From a virus (lineage: Duplodnaviria; Caudoviricetes), in IMG/VR virus record IMGVR_UViG_3300017991_000120, positions 1-59,822 of that record: a DNA stretch of 59,822 bases. One strand, given 5' to 3'. The notes beneath the pieces were generated by a model. It was not told the DNA's origin. It was given only the letters and a program-made list of their open reading frames with translations, and ran no database searches. Shown in pieces: positions 8,927 to 18,493 of this stretch. The position numbers were made by a program, and so were the translations under genes. The stretch's first letter is position 1; each line of letters begins with the position of its first letter.

Positions 8927-8999
8927 TGGCCCGTAGTTCAGTTGGCAGAACGTCGGACTGTTAATCCGAATGTCGCAGGTTCAAATCCTGCCGGGTCAG
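8927..8999 (+). tRNA. tRNA-Asn(GTT)
   Basis: TGGCCCG/CGGGTCA acceptor, GTTC/GAAC D stem, TCGGA-CTGTTAA-TCCGA, GCAGG-TTCAAAT-CCTGC. Confidence 0.93.
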
Positions 9000-9019
9000 C
9001 AAAGTAAAAAGGAGGCGAT

Positions 9020-9205
9020 TTGAAAATTATTAGGTCTGGTTCAGGAGCAAAAACACACATCGCAAAGACCGAAGTCAAAGATGATCTCGTCCCGTTATGC
9101 AGTTCAAGGGATTATACTTGGATGATATATTACGAAGTTCCGAAAGGGCGTTGCACTTGTCAAAACTGTTTGGACAAGGCGAGAAAGCGAGGATTAAATG
9201 TCTGA
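9020..9205 (+). CDS. small His/Cys (putative Zn-binding) protein
   Basis: AAGGAGG SD then TTG; H..C..CxxC pattern. Confidence 0.6.
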   Translation: MKIIRSGSGAKTHIAKTEVKDDLVPLCSSRDYTWMIYYEVPKGRCTCQNCLDKARKRGLNV

Positions 9206-9488
9206 TCAAAAACCAACACCACAAGACAACATGGAACACATTCGTCGACTTCTAAAAAATCGTGCAGACCTTGATTTATGGAAGTTGGATGCCGCTAAAC
9301 TGGAAGTTCTCACTGAGGTTTTTGCTTTGGTATACTCCAAGCTGGTGAAATACAAAATGCCTGATGCCATGAGTGCCGCATTAATGTTCACTTTCAGTGG
9401 GCCAAACTACATGAAGATGGCGGATAAAATCTTTGAGGAGTTTACGAGAAATGTTCAAAAACAAAGGAATTCAGAAGTTAAGAAATAA
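9198..9488 (+). CDS. hypothetical protein
   Basis: GAGGA SD; overlaps both neighbours. Confidence 0.6.
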   Translation: MSDQKPTPQDNMEHIRRLLKNRADLDLWKLDAAKLEVLTEVFALVYSKLVKYKMPDAMSAALMFTFSGPNYMKMADKIFEEFTRNVQKQRNSEVKK

Positions 9489-10083
9489 ATATTTGTGGCC
9501 GATTGAGCGTCCTGCAGAGGAGGCAACCGGTGTGCATGGATGGCTTAATAAGGAAAACGAACAATGGTTGGAACGGCTTTGTGCCGAGAAAATGGGTCAC
9601 GTTGAAAGACCTTTTATTTTTTGTGAACTTGGGGTATGGGAAGGGAAAACGGCACTTCATTTATTAAAAAAATTTCCATCCATGTATTACATTGGTATCG
9701 ATCACTTTAAAGGTAGTCCTGAACACCAAACCAATGCCGAATGGAAAACACATCTCCCAAAATTAAAGGAAAAGGCTTTTGCGCATCTTTGGCCGTGGAA
9801 AGATCGCGCCACTTTAATTACCCAAAGCACTAATTGGGGCATCTGTGAAATAGTGCTTGCCGGGATAAAACCTGATATTTTTTACATTGACGCTGGACAT
9901 GAAACAACGGATGTGATGCAGGATTTTTTGTTCAGCTACAAAGCAAATGAACGAGCTATCGTTTGTGGTGACGATGCCAAGTGGCCGTCCGTGCATAAGG
10001 CATTGACTATTTTGGAGCTTAATGGGTACAAGTTTTTAAAAGATGGTAACTTTTGGGTACTTCAAGAATATAGTAAAATTTGA
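9433..10083 (+). CDS. class I SAM-dependent methyltransferase (Methyltransf_24-like); start uncertain
   Basis: FCELGVWEGKT, IGIDHF, DIFYIDAGH and VCGDD motifs. Confidence 0.85.
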   Translation: MRSLREMFKNKGIQKLRNKYLWPIERPAEEATGVHGWLNKENEQWLERLCAEKMGHVERPFIFCELGVWEGKTALHLLKKFPSMYYIGIDHFKGSPEHQTNAEWKTHLPKLKEKAFAHLWPWKDRATLITQSTNWGICEIVLAGIKPDIFYIDAGHETTDVMQDFLFSYKANERAIVCGDDAKWPSVHKALTILELNGYKFLKDGNFWVLQEYSKI

Positions 10084-10093
10084 GGAGGCTTTG

Positions 10094-10327
10094 ATGTTTG
10101 TTGCAAAATTAATCCCGTTCGTTGTCTTTGTGTTGTTGGCATGGTTAGTTATTAGGTGGGCTAAACATGCTTGGCGCAAAGCCGAGCGGGATTCTTTAAT
10201 GGAAAAAGTTGAGAATAAAAAACAGGAAATCGAAATAACAGAGGAGGTGGCCGCTAAGACAGAAAAAATAAATGTTTCATCTTTTAAGTCCGCGCGAACA
10301 AAGGTTCGCAATTTTTTAAAACTATAG
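10094..10327 (+). CDS. single-TM membrane protein preceding the SPFH gene
   Basis: GAGGAGG SD; hydrophobic N-terminus LIPFVVFVLLAWLVI. Confidence 0.6.
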   Translation: MFVAKLIPFVVFVLLAWLVIRWAKHAWRKAERDSLMEKVENKKQEIEITEEVAAKTEKINVSSFKSARTKVRNFLKL

Positions 10328-10342
10328 TCATTGGAGGAAACC

Positions 10343-11527
10343 ATGACGCCTAAAAAACTCGCCATTTTGGTGACAACTGTTGTGGCAATTGTTATTATCG
10401 CCACATTGAGTTCAAGTATTCTTGAAACCAATGAGTCAGGTTATTTTCAAATCAAACAAGCTGCTATCACTGGTGATATGTCGGTGCGCTTTTCGGAAGG
10501 AACCTACTTTCAATGGTTTGGCAAAATCTCGCCTTACAAAAACGTCGCAACCGTTGGGATTGGTAGTGAAAAAGGAGAGGGCAGTGCAGACATTGAAGCC
10601 GTTCCGGTTATTTTTAATGATGGCTCCAAAGCTGAAATCTCCGGCCTTGTACGTATCAAATTGCCTAACACCGAGGAAGATGCTTTGCGCCTAAAACAGG
10701 AATATAGTGGTGGATTTGAGCACTTTATTCGTTCCGGTGTGGTGCCGATTGTTAATAATGCCGTCAAGCTGTCGGCCAACTTGCGTTCCGCGCAGGATGC
10801 CTATACCACTCTCGCTTTGTTCCAACAAGCTGTTGATGATCAATTGCGCAATGGTATCTACATTACAAAGTCCGACAAGGTTGAAATCGAACGGAGCACT
10901 GGTGAACGAGAGACCCAACGTGTAACCGTTATTGATTATGATGAAAACGGTCAGCCTATGCGGATGCCAAACAGACTGCAGGAACTTGGCTGTGAAGTCC
11001 TTGAATGTGTTATTGACGTGCCTGATTTTGATCCCAAAGTTGAAGAAATGATTGCCGCACGTAAGGACGAGGCAATGAAAACGGAACTGGCAAAACAAGC
11101 CGCGCTCCGCGCTCAACAGGATGCCATCACCGCCGAGGAACAAGGAAAAGCCAATGTGGCTACAGCCAAGTATGAAAAAGAAGTTGAAAAGGTTAAAGCT
11201 GTCACGGATGCGGAAAAGACCTTTGAGGTTGAAGCTCTTAATGCGAAAAAGGCAATTGAAACAGCCAAGAAAATTCGCGCTGAGGGCGAGGCACAAGCCG
11301 CCGCAAACCGCGCCCTTGTCTCTGCTGGATTGACTCCTGAGCAAAAAATGGAAATGCAAATCAAAATCGCAGATGTGGTATCAAAGAATATTGCGAACGC
11401 GCCTACTCCGCAGGTTGTTATTGGTGGAGGTGCCGGCGGTGCAACGGACGATCTTATGCAGGTCTTTGGGGCTGAACGCGCCATCGAGCTTGTTAAAAAG
11501 TTCGGCGTTGACATAACTGGTAAATAA
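10343..11527 (+). CDS. SPFH/band-7 (prohibitin-like) membrane protein
   Basis: N-terminal TM segment, band-7-like core (VIFNDG, IDVPDFDPKVEEMI), Ala/Glu-rich coiled coil, C-terminal PQVVIGGG. Confidence 0.85.
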   Translation: MTPKKLAILVTTVVAIVIIATLSSSILETNESGYFQIKQAAITGDMSVRFSEGTYFQWFGKISPYKNVATVGIGSEKGEGSADIEAVPVIFNDGSKAEISGLVRIKLPNTEEDALRLKQEYSGGFEHFIRSGVVPIVNNAVKLSANLRSAQDAYTTLALFQQAVDDQLRNGIYITKSDKVEIERSTGERETQRVTVIDYDENGQPMRMPNRLQELGCEVLECVIDVPDFDPKVEEMIAARKDEAMKTELAKQAALRAQQDAITAEEQGKANVATAKYEKEVEKVKAVTDAEKTFEVEALNAKKAIETAKKIRAEGEAQAAANRALVSAGLTPEQKMEMQIKIADVVSKNIANAPTPQVVIGGGAGGATDDLMQVFGAERAIELVKKFGVDITGK

Positions 11528-11532
11528 CCATG

Positions 11533-11555
11533 GCCCCTTCGGGGGCTTTTTTTTT
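11533..11555 (+). terminator. intrinsic terminator
   Basis: GCCCC-TTCG-GGGGC followed by T run. Confidence 0.8.
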
Positions 11556-11565
11556 GGAGGTACAC

Positions 11566-12309
11566 ATGCAAGACAAAGTCATTGTTGGAACTGGATGGTA
11601 TGCAGATTCGCTTGGTCATAATAATATGATGGCTTCGCGCGAGCTTTATAAACCAAACTTCTTTGCTCGGTGGTTTCGGAATGTTTACGCTTATTTTAAG
11701 CCGTCGGGCGTCATTTGTTATACCTCAAACTGCCCACAGCCAATTGAGGACATTGGTAATCTTTTGAAACGCTTTCCGTGGCCTTATTTTAGCTTTATCA
11801 ATTCCGCCACACCTAACAAAGATTTACATCATGGGCATGATGGACTTGCCGCAATTATAGCGGGAGCAACGCACGCCTATTTGAACGGATCCCACTTTGT
11901 TTACGTTGAACAGGACTGCATGGTTCACAATTTGGACCGGATGATCAAAGAGCAAATTGCCGGACAGGTTATGATTGGATATGGTTATGGTGACAATGCA
12001 AGTTTCAAAGAGGGTTGGGCAGAATATTCATTGCTTTGGGTTCACAATAAATTCTTGAAGTTTTTCCTCACCCAAATGGTCAACAAGGCTCCACATACTA
12101 TCAAGATTCCGTTGCCAGAATATTTGTTGCACGACATTTTCAAAGACTATGTCACACCATTCCGAAACGGACAAGGTCGTCTACGTCCTATTGATTTTGA
12201 ACAGGATTGGCACTATTCCCAACAGTTAACAGATAAGGAATTGGCAGAATACGAGGACTTGGGGAAGATAACCTGCGAAATGCGGGGACAAGAATATTGG
12301 GTGATATAA
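11566..12309 (+). CDS. putative GT-A-like glycosyltransferase
   Basis: GGAGG SD then ATG; 'FVYVEQDCMV' resembles a DxD/ExD motif after a beta strand. Confidence 0.4.
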   Translation: MQDKVIVGTGWYADSLGHNNMMASRELYKPNFFARWFRNVYAYFKPSGVICYTSNCPQPIEDIGNLLKRFPWPYFSFINSATPNKDLHHGHDGLAAIIAGATHAYLNGSHFVYVEQDCMVHNLDRMIKEQIAGQVMIGYGYGDNASFKEGWAEYSLLWVHNKFLKFFLTQMVNKAPHTIKIPLPEYLLHDIFKDYVTPFRNGQGRLRPIDFEQDWHYSQQLTDKELAEYEDLGKITCEMRGQEYWVI

Positions 12310-12330
12310 AGTGTCTTACTTTACTGATAG

Positions 12331-12357
12331 AAAAAAAGCCCCGAAAGGGGCTTTTTT
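12331..12357. terminator. bidirectional intrinsic terminator between convergent operons
   Basis: A7-GCCCC-GAAA-GGGGC-T6. Confidence 0.85.
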
Positions 12358-12874
12358 ATTTAATTGGATAGGCTTCGTATTGAAGTTCATGCTCACGTTC
12401 ATTGTGAAGTGATTTACTTACCAAAACATATTTATTTGAACCTGAATAAATGCTGCCAACGTATCTTTTTACCTCTAAAATAGGCTTACCAAAGGCGGTC
12501 TTGGCTGTCGTTGAGAAGCGTCGCAGTTCCCTGATATTGTCAAAATAAAAGAAGCACTTGTCTAAATCAGGGTCATAGTTAAATTGTTTTATGGTAAAAA
12601 TACTACCATCCAAGACAAAGGTAACGGCTGGTTGAGCCGGACGCGGTTCAGCCCATTCCCACCATACGTCACGCTTCTTTTCCTTTAAAGGCTCGTATGA
12701 TATTTTGGTAATATCAAAAGGCGGCTTCACGTTTCGTGTGATGATCGTTGTATAGCTTACTCCGTCGCCATCAAATATTTTCATTAATTCTTCTGAGGCA
12801 AATAAAGTACCTATTTGGCGTTCGCTCCCATGATTGGAAACGACCTTGATTTCAACCACTTTTTTTTGTCCCAT
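12356..12874 (-). CDS. hypothetical protein
   Basis: GGAGG SD upstream; 172 aa. Confidence 0.6.
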   Translation of the reverse strand: MGQKKVVEIKVVSNHGSERQIGTLFASEELMKIFDGDGVSYTTIITRNVKPPFDITKISYEPLKEKKRDVWWEWAEPRPAQPAVTFVLDGSIFTIKQFNYDPDLDKCFFYFDNIRELRRFSTTAKTAFGKPILEVKRYVGSIYSGSNKYVLVSKSLHNEREHELQYEAYPIK

Positions 12875-13046
12875 CTTTTTTGATCCTCCGTGGTATACGT
12901 TCTACTTTTCTAATCGGCGGCAGTTGATTTTGTTTGCTACCGTCAGGATTTTGTGGAGTACAATTGCCAGCCATGTTACGCCTCCTGCTTTTCTAAGTTG
13001 TCTTTTCAATTTACGATGACCGCGCGTTTTGAGTTTTACTCCGATA

Positions 13047-13268
13047 TCATTCATGAACAAATCTCCGGTGAACATCTTCGCCGGACAATATGGCAATAAA
13101 TAAATCAATTAAAAAAGGAGGGTAGCCCGTTACGGGATCGTCCAATTCCAAATGATTTTTCTTGAAGTGTTCCTCGTTCTTGGTAAAGGTTTCTTCAATC
13201 TCCTCGTCGGAGAAGTCCAGTGCTTTTAGACGACCGACAAGTTCGTCCCTAACCGTGACTTTATCCAT
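13047..13268 (-). CDS. hypothetical protein
   Basis: AAGGAG SD upstream of ATG at 13268; coupled to the upstream stop. Confidence 0.55.
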   Translation of the reverse strand: MDKVTVRDELVGRLKALDFSDEEIEETFTKNEEHFKKNHLELDDPVTGYPPFLIDLFIAILSGEDVHRRFVHE

Positions 13269-13269
13269 G

Positions 13270-13557
13270 TCATGCTCCTTGTAAAATGTCTTGAACAATG
13301 CCAATTGAAGTCATGCCTAAATCGGCGCCCTTTTGGTTTAAGGTGTCCACGATTCGCGTGGCGAGTGAACGAGAGTTATCTACTTGCATTTGATTTTGGA
13401 CTGCAACCTCAATCAGGTGAGTTCTGCTTGTGTAAGTTGGCTCATGCCTTTTAACGTGATCGTCCATCGCCTCCAAAAAGTCCGTGAGGAGCTTTACTCC
13501 AATTGGTTTTCGAGGGTTTGAACTATCTTTTTCAGGGCTTCTTTTTGCTTTTGCCAT
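13270..13557 (-). CDS. ribbon-helix-helix (CopG/Arc-like) DNA-binding protein
   Basis: 'KPIGVKLLTDFLEAMDDHVKR...SRTHLIEVAVQ' fits the RHH pattern; GGAGGT SD. Confidence 0.65.
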   Translation of the reverse strand: MAKAKRSPEKDSSNPRKPIGVKLLTDFLEAMDDHVKRHEPTYTSRTHLIEVAVQNQMQVDNSRSLATRIVDTLNQKGADLGMTSIGIVQDILQGA

Positions 13558-13928
13558 TTGCGGTATACCTCCGAATTTATGATTGAAAACGTTTCCAGTG
13601 GCCCCGCGTTTGGGTCACTGTCTATTTTGTAGCATAGTATAGAGAGCGAAATTTCTGCAAAATGATCTAAATCTGCGTGGCGAACATTCCTTTTTTTTTG
13701 CAGTTCTCTCGCAATGGTGTTGATTTTAGTAACCGCTAACATTATGAAATTGGTTTCTGCGGTTTTCCAATCTGGCTTAGATAAACTATGTTTGAAAGCG
13801 TCAAGACAAAGTTTGTCAATCCTACCGGAACCAACAAAGTTTTTCAATGGGCTTTCCAACTTAGATTCATCAAGGGCGCATTGAACATCAAAAGACAAAT
13901 TGTCTTTGACTACTTTGTAGGCCGTCAT
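13494..13928 (-). CDS. hypothetical protein
   Basis: AGGAG SD; 144 aa. Confidence 0.55.
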   Translation of the reverse strand: MTAYKVVKDNLSFDVQCALDESKLESPLKNFVGSGRIDKLCLDAFKHSLSKPDWKTAETNFIMLAVTKINTIARELQKKRNVRHADLDHFAEISLSILCYKIDSDPNAGPLETFSIINSEVYRKWQKQKEALKKIVQTLENQLE

Positions 13929-13937
13929 GATTTGCTC

Positions 13938-14357
13938 CTAAGTTAAAATACCTTCATCCGCAAAGCTGAAATAATTCATCTCTGGATCACCGAGAATGAT
14001 GTGATCTATTACTTTTATTTGCAAGTATCTTCCAGCCTTGCATAGTCTGTCCGTTACCATCTTATCTTCATTTGATGGGTTTGGATTGCCGCTTGGGTGG
14101 TTATGCACAAGCACTACCGCCGTCGCGTTCTGCATTATAGCGATCCTGAAAACATTGCGAGGATCGACCACTGATTCTTGTACGCCTCCAATATGGCATA
14201 GATCAAAATAACGTATCCGATTCCGACAGGACACACCTATGACCCAAAAGTGTTCTTTGTTGCGTTCGTACTCGGGTTGGTCGTCAAACCACTTTCTCAC
14301 GAAGTCAACGACATCGTCTGACTTGTTAACCGCTTCCCTGTTTGATTTAAGTAACAT
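13938..14357 (-). CDS. radC: RadC-like JAB domain protein
   Basis: KEHF, VDPRNVF, HNHPSGNPNPSNED and DHIILG motifs. Confidence 0.92.
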   Translation of the reverse strand: MLLKSNREAVNKSDDVVDFVRKWFDDQPEYERNKEHFWVIGVSCRNRIRYFDLCHIGGVQESVVDPRNVFRIAIMQNATAVVLVHNHPSGNPNPSNEDKMVTDRLCKAGRYLQIKVIDHIILGDPEMNYFSFADEGILT

Positions 14358-14365
14358 TTTTCTCC

Positions 14366-14578
14366 TCACCAATTGCTTGTACCGTTAGGAACTGGAACCA
14401 TGTAATGATCGCCGCAGTCGTCGACAATCCCTTTTAAAATGAGCATTCGCAACAGATAAGACCGTTGCTTCGAAATGGAGTGCTCTCTGTATGGATTGCC
14501 GGAATTTAGTCGCGTCAAAGCGATTATCTCCGTGGCACTATGCAAATGGACCTGGCTTTTTAGAACTTTCATTTTCAT
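14366..14578 (-). CDS. hypothetical protein
   Basis: First ORF after the 14613-14641 promoter; AAAGGA SD. Confidence 0.55.
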   Translation of the reverse strand: MKMKVLKSQVHLHSATEIIALTRLNSGNPYREHSISKQRSYLLRMLILKGIVDDCGDHYMVPVPNGTSNW

Positions 14579-14612
14579 GTCGTTTGTCCTTTGCTTTAAT
14601 TAACTTTAAATA

Positions 14613-14641
14613 AATATATGACGTATATACCTAAATAACAA
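14613..14641 (-). promoter_or_regulatory. repeated early-type promoter, copy 1
   Basis: TTGTTA-tttagGTATATACgtca-TATATT (17-nt spacer). Confidence 0.75.
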
Positions 14642-14667
14642 GAACTTTTTGTAACTACAAAAGAAAA

Positions 14668-14934
14668 TTAATAAAGTGACAGTAGACCCTTAAACGTCAA
14701 AACCGCCCTTGTTTCCTTTTGCTGAACAGGCACCATGACAGGAATACACTGTTCTTTGATTGCCGATAAATTGCGAAGTTCCACATTGACGACGTGGTAC
14801 ATTTCTGCTTTTTTCTCAACAATGTTTTTGGCCGCTTTTTTTACGTCCGACGGTTTTACTGGATAATCAGAACCAAAATATGCAGTATATCCTTTGTCAA
14901 AAATTGATAAGTTGAGTTCATATTTTATTGCCAT
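14668..14934 (-). CDS. hypothetical protein
   Basis: GAGAGGT SD. Confidence 0.55.
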   Translation of the reverse strand: MAIKYELNLSIFDKGYTAYFGSDYPVKPSDVKKAAKNIVEKKAEMYHVVNVELRNLSAIKEQCIPVMVPVQQKETRAVLTFKGLLSLY

Positions 14935-14979
14935 AATTTACCTCTCTTTTGAAATGTTAATATTTTCCCATCGACGAAT

Positions 14980-14999
14980 AAAAAGCCCCTTTCGGGGCT
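14980..14999 (-). terminator. intrinsic terminator
   Basis: Minus strand reads AGCCCC-GAAA-GGGGCT followed by T run. Confidence 0.7.
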
Positions 15000-15003
15000 A
15001 TGG

Positions 15004-15363
15004 TTAGTGGCTTCGTATTTCCCGAATCCGTCTCTCGGATAGTGCTTTTTTGCGACCATATTTGGAAATCATCGCTTTTCGGATTTTCGGTGCGCTCCAA
15101 TCTTCGGGGAGGGACTTGATCCATTCGATTTGATCATTTGACGCTTTCTGCATTGCATAATTGACAGGGCGTTCAAGATGTCGATAAATCGTTAGAACGT
15201 CGGTATGGCATCTCTCTGTTAAAACATCCGAAACCGCCGTTGGACTGCATCCTATTTTTTTAGCGATTTTGGAGTTTGACCAACCCTTGATTTTTGCCCA
15301 CTCAAAAATGTTGAGGACGTCGTCGTCGGTTAAAACATAGTTTGACTGATTGTGGTGTGCCAT
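15004..15363 (-). CDS. HTH DNA-binding protein
   Basis: 'GWSNSKIAKKIGCSPTAVSDVL' HTH; second HTH-like segment at the C-terminus; AGGAGA SD before ATG at 15363. Confidence 0.7.
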   Translation of the reverse strand: MAHHNQSNYVLTDDDVLNIFEWAKIKGWSNSKIAKKIGCSPTAVSDVLTERCHTDVLTIYRHLERPVNYAMQKASNDQIEWIKSLPEDWSAPKIRKAMISKYGRKKALSERRIREIRSH

Positions 15364-15408
15364 ATTAGGTCTCCTGTTTTGTGAATGGCTTCTGTTAACT
15401 GTCAATGA

Positions 15409-15437
15409 AATATACGGCGTATATACCTAACCACCAA
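15409..15437 (-). promoter_or_regulatory. repeated early-type promoter, copy 2
   Basis: TTGGTG-gttagGTATATACgccg-TATATT. Confidence 0.7.
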
Positions 15438-15449
15438 GAACTATTTTGA

Positions 15450-15860
15450 TTATTCCTCCTCGTCTCCTTCCTCGCTTTGCGCTTGTAAACGTGCAAAGAC
15501 GTCTCCAACGTCCGGTTCGCAAAATTGCACGTCAAGAATATCTACATTAAAAATCTCTTGTGCGACTTCGCGTTTCAAGTGAAAGACGCGACCGGTTCGA
15601 TCCGCATCTTTGGCGTCAACAACGTCAACAGTTTTTGTAGGATTTTTGGGTGGGCGAGCCTCTACGAAATGAACAAAGCCTTCATCAATCATTTTTTGAT
15701 GTTCCTCGCACATGCCCAATCCAGTGATGTTTCGATGATTTAAAGTTTTACACAGCCTACGATCCAATAAAATTCCGGCATCGTATTCTTGTCCGCAGAC
15801 GATACAGATTTTAACATCCAAACCAACATAACTTTTCTCATTCACCGTTTGTCTCCTCAA
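15450..15860 (-). CDS. hypothetical protein with CxxC...CxxH Zn-binding motif
   Basis: CIVC...CEEH; true start may be the GTG near 15845. Confidence 0.65.
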   Translation of the reverse strand: MRRQTVNEKSYVGLDVKICIVCGQEYDAGILLDRRLCKTLNHRNITGLGMCEEHQKMIDEGFVHFVEARPPKNPTKTVDVVDAKDADRTGRVFHLKREVAQEIFNVDILDVQFCEPDVGDVFARLQAQSEEGDEEE

Positions 15861-16035
15861 TTTGGTTTAGTTCTTTCCATTGCGCCTCAAATTCCTCACC
15901 TTTGCCTTTGACATTCTCTTCATAATAGTGTTGAAGGCAATAACCGTCCAACCAGACAGCATTTTCGCATCTTGTCTGATGGCCGCCGTTTTCGGGCCAA
16001 AGAAATTGTCGACATCTTTTTGGTATATCTACCAT
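15838..16035 (-). CDS. small C3H Zn-finger protein
   Basis: RC..RC..GYCLQH pattern. Confidence 0.55.
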   Translation of the reverse strand: MVDIPKRCRQFLWPENGGHQTRCENAVWLDGYCLQHYYEENVKGKGEEFEAQWKELNQIEETNGE

Positions 16036-16039
16036 CTAT

Positions 16040-16450
16040 TTACTCTCCAAAATAAAGTTCTACTTCACTAAACTCGGGAAACAATTCAACGGCACCATTT
16101 GAAACAATTAGCCGCTCCGTTTCCCAATTGATCATTTTAACAAAGCACGAGCCCGGGTCAGGATCACGCTTTATGAATTTGACTGTGAGCGGATAGACTG
16201 TCCGCAAAAGTTTTCGATGCCGTTCCACCTCCTTTTCCAGTTTTTGCATTTTACCCTTCAACCGCTCCAATTGAAATAGTGGAGTGGCAAGACGTTTTTC
16301 TTCCCAAAGTTTCTCCCGCTTTATGCGGCGAGCTTCTACGTTCTCGGGATGGTGCTGATGACAAAAGCCATCTTTCCATACCGTGCGGCGACACCGATGC
16401 CGGTGCCAGCCGCCCGAATCCAAAACCATTGCTCCGCAACGATCTTTCAT
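16040..16450 (-). CDS. C3H Zn-finger protein with coiled coil
   Basis: RCG..RCRR..GFCHQH; AAAGGAG SD. Confidence 0.6.
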   Translation of the reverse strand: MKDRCGAMVLDSGGWHRHRCRRTVWKDGFCHQHHPENVEARRIKREKLWEEKRLATPLFQLERLKGKMQKLEKEVERHRKLLRTVYPLTVKFIKRDPDPGSCFVKMINWETERLIVSNGAVELFPEFSEVELYFGE

Positions 16451-16472
16451 TGTATGCTCCTTTCCGTTAAAA

Positions 16473-16790
16473 TTACATTGCCTTAATATTGTCTTTGTAG
16501 TGAACTTGGAGGCCAGAATAAAGTGACTCCAACGCGGTTAAAACTTTTGCAGTATACGACAAACCACGTTCGAGCGAGCTTTGTGCGGACTTGCCTGACC
16601 ACCAACTGACTTTAATACAACGGACGCCATTCATTTTGAAATCAATTCTCATTTCGGCGACATGTGGGAAGTCAACGAAAAACTCACCGTTTTCGGAAAA
16701 ATCAAATCTATAATCTTCATCAACCTTAAAACCGTTGATTGCCAATCCGTTCAGGATCATTGCCTTTGCCACTCTATCTTTTGCTTTCAT
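16473..16790 (-). CDS. hypothetical protein
   Basis: AAGGAG SD. Confidence 0.6.
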   Translation of the reverse strand: MKAKDRVAKAMILNGLAINGFKVDEDYRFDFSENGEFFVDFPHVAEMRIDFKMNGVRCIKVSWWSGKSAQSSLERGLSYTAKVLTALESLYSGLQVHYKDNIKAM

Positions 16791-16836
16791 TTCAGTCTCC
16801 TTGAAAAAAGCGGCCCCTTGTCGGGACCGGTTAAAA

Positions 16837-17244
16837 TTAGTTTAAAGTATCAAGTAAAACGATTCGGCTTGATTCTTCCAAAAGCTCTTGGCAAATATCA
16901 ATAGTGGCTTCTTTTTCGATTTCGTAAAGGGCATCTTCAACTTGATTGTTTGACGTTGAACGTCTCATGCTGTTGTGAATGATCAGTGCCAAGTCGTTTA
17001 CGAGAAACGAAAAATCAGTGTATTGATCGGAACTTACCTTTGTCAACAAAGGGCCGACGATTCTTAATTTGATGCGCGTCTCCATTTCAGCTTTTAATGA
17101 GTAAATGGTGTTGGACTGTTTTTCGTTCCAAATGTCTTCGGGGTATTTTTTAAAGTTCTCAATTTCAGCTTCTCTGTTAGCTTTAAGGTTTTCATTGATT
17201 TTTGCGAACTTTTTTTCGATTTGTTGTTGGACGTTGGCTTTCAT
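16837..17244 (-). CDS. hypothetical protein
   Basis: GAGGAG SD; first ORF after promoter copy 3. Confidence 0.65.
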   Translation of the reverse strand: MKANVQQQIEKKFAKINENLKANREAEIENFKKYPEDIWNEKQSNTIYSLKAEMETRIKLRIVGPLLTKVSSDQYTDFSFLVNDLALIIHNSMRRSTSNNQVEDALYEIEKEATIDICQELLEESSRIVLLDTLN

Positions 17245-17291
17245 TTCTTGTCTCCTCGTTTTGTGTTTTTGTTAACTGTTTCAACTAATTA

Positions 17292-17320
17292 AATATACGG
17301 TGTATATACTTAAAAAGCAA
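17292..17320 (-). promoter_or_regulatory. repeated early-type promoter, copy 3
   Basis: TTGCTT-tttaaGTATATACaccg-TATATT, with A/T tracts upstream. Confidence 0.75.
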
Positions 17321-17550
17321 GAACTTTTTTAGTAATTTTTAAAAAAAATTAAAAAACACAAAAAACACCAAAATCAACGCCCGACGATACTACCATAAAA
17401 ATCAGGTCTTATTTTGACTGCATATAAAACCAGAGTTTTCTAAGACAGGAAAATCATGAGTTTGTAAAAGGATTTTGAATATGGGTAATTTTTGGCGATA
17501 TTTACCCATATCAGTGCCCGACTGAGTAAAAAAAAGAGGAAACTTGCCCA

Positions 17551-18450
17551 ATGGAACAAACAAATATGGATTCTTTCATTTGTGCCTCGTGCAAAAAAGA
17601 AGTTCACGTCCAAGCCAATAATTACCAAACCTATGCCGCCCGTGGTTTTTACTGTAATGATTGCTATGCCATCTTTGCCAACAAATTATACGAAGTCAAC
17701 ATCCCCGGTGCCGTAACAATTTTCTCGCCTGCCTCGGCTCTCGGAGACCGTGTCATTTACACGGCAATTCACGACGCCTACATGGTAGACAATCCCGATG
17801 AAAATGTTTTGTGGTTGGAAATGCCACAGGCAATGGACGTGGCAGAGATTGCTCGGCAAACAAATGCCAAAAAAATATTTTGGGCCGACGTCACGAATTT
17901 TGCTCCCATTCCTAAAAACCTTGACATCGTGCAATTTAGCATAATTCGGGAGGCACGAAACCTCGGCAAACTTCGTGGCATATTTCCGAAGGTTGAAAAT
18001 CGTGCCGACCTTGATTTTGAGGTGCCTAAAAAATCGGTGATGCTTCACGCGAGGCATTGCGCCAAACTGGACTGGAAGAATATGCACCATGGGGAATTCA
18101 TTTCGATTTTGAACCTTTTGAAAGGCTTCACCGTTTACATAGTTGGCAATGATGAGAAGTATGGATTTGAGGATGAGATTAAAGACCCACAAATCGTCGA
18201 CCTCCGGAAAAAACTAACCATCGATCAAATATGCACTTTGGCTGAAAATGTTGATGCCTGCCTCGGAGTGGATTCTGGAATTCAACATCTCGCCGGAGCC
18301 GCAAATGGCAAGGTCATTGCATACAAATATAAGAACGAACATTGGATGCCAATTGTGGCCGATCCTCAAATGGCACAAGCCTTTGGAGATAAAGCCGTGG
18401 ACTTTTACAATTTTTTAGTCGCCACAAAAAAGACCTTGCATTTATTATAG
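17551..18450 (+). CDS. GT9 (heptosyltransferase-like) glycosyltransferase with N-terminal CxxC..CxxC
   Basis: ALGDRV, 'DLRKKLTIDQ' and 'LGVDSGIQHLAGA' match the GT9 D-S-G-x-x-H-x-A motif. Confidence 0.8.
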   Translation: MEQTNMDSFICASCKKEVHVQANNYQTYAARGFYCNDCYAIFANKLYEVNIPGAVTIFSPASALGDRVIYTAIHDAYMVDNPDENVLWLEMPQAMDVAEIARQTNAKKIFWADVTNFAPIPKNLDIVQFSIIREARNLGKLRGIFPKVENRADLDFEVPKKSVMLHARHCAKLDWKNMHHGEFISILNLLKGFTVYIVGNDEKYGFEDEIKDPQIVDLRKKLTIDQICTLAENVDACLGVDSGIQHLAGAANGKVIAYKYKNEHWMPIVADPQMAQAFGDKAVDFYNFLVATKKTLHLL

Positions 18451-18493
18451 ATTGTGGCGTTATTTAGACGTCTGACTTAAAGGAGAACTATTT

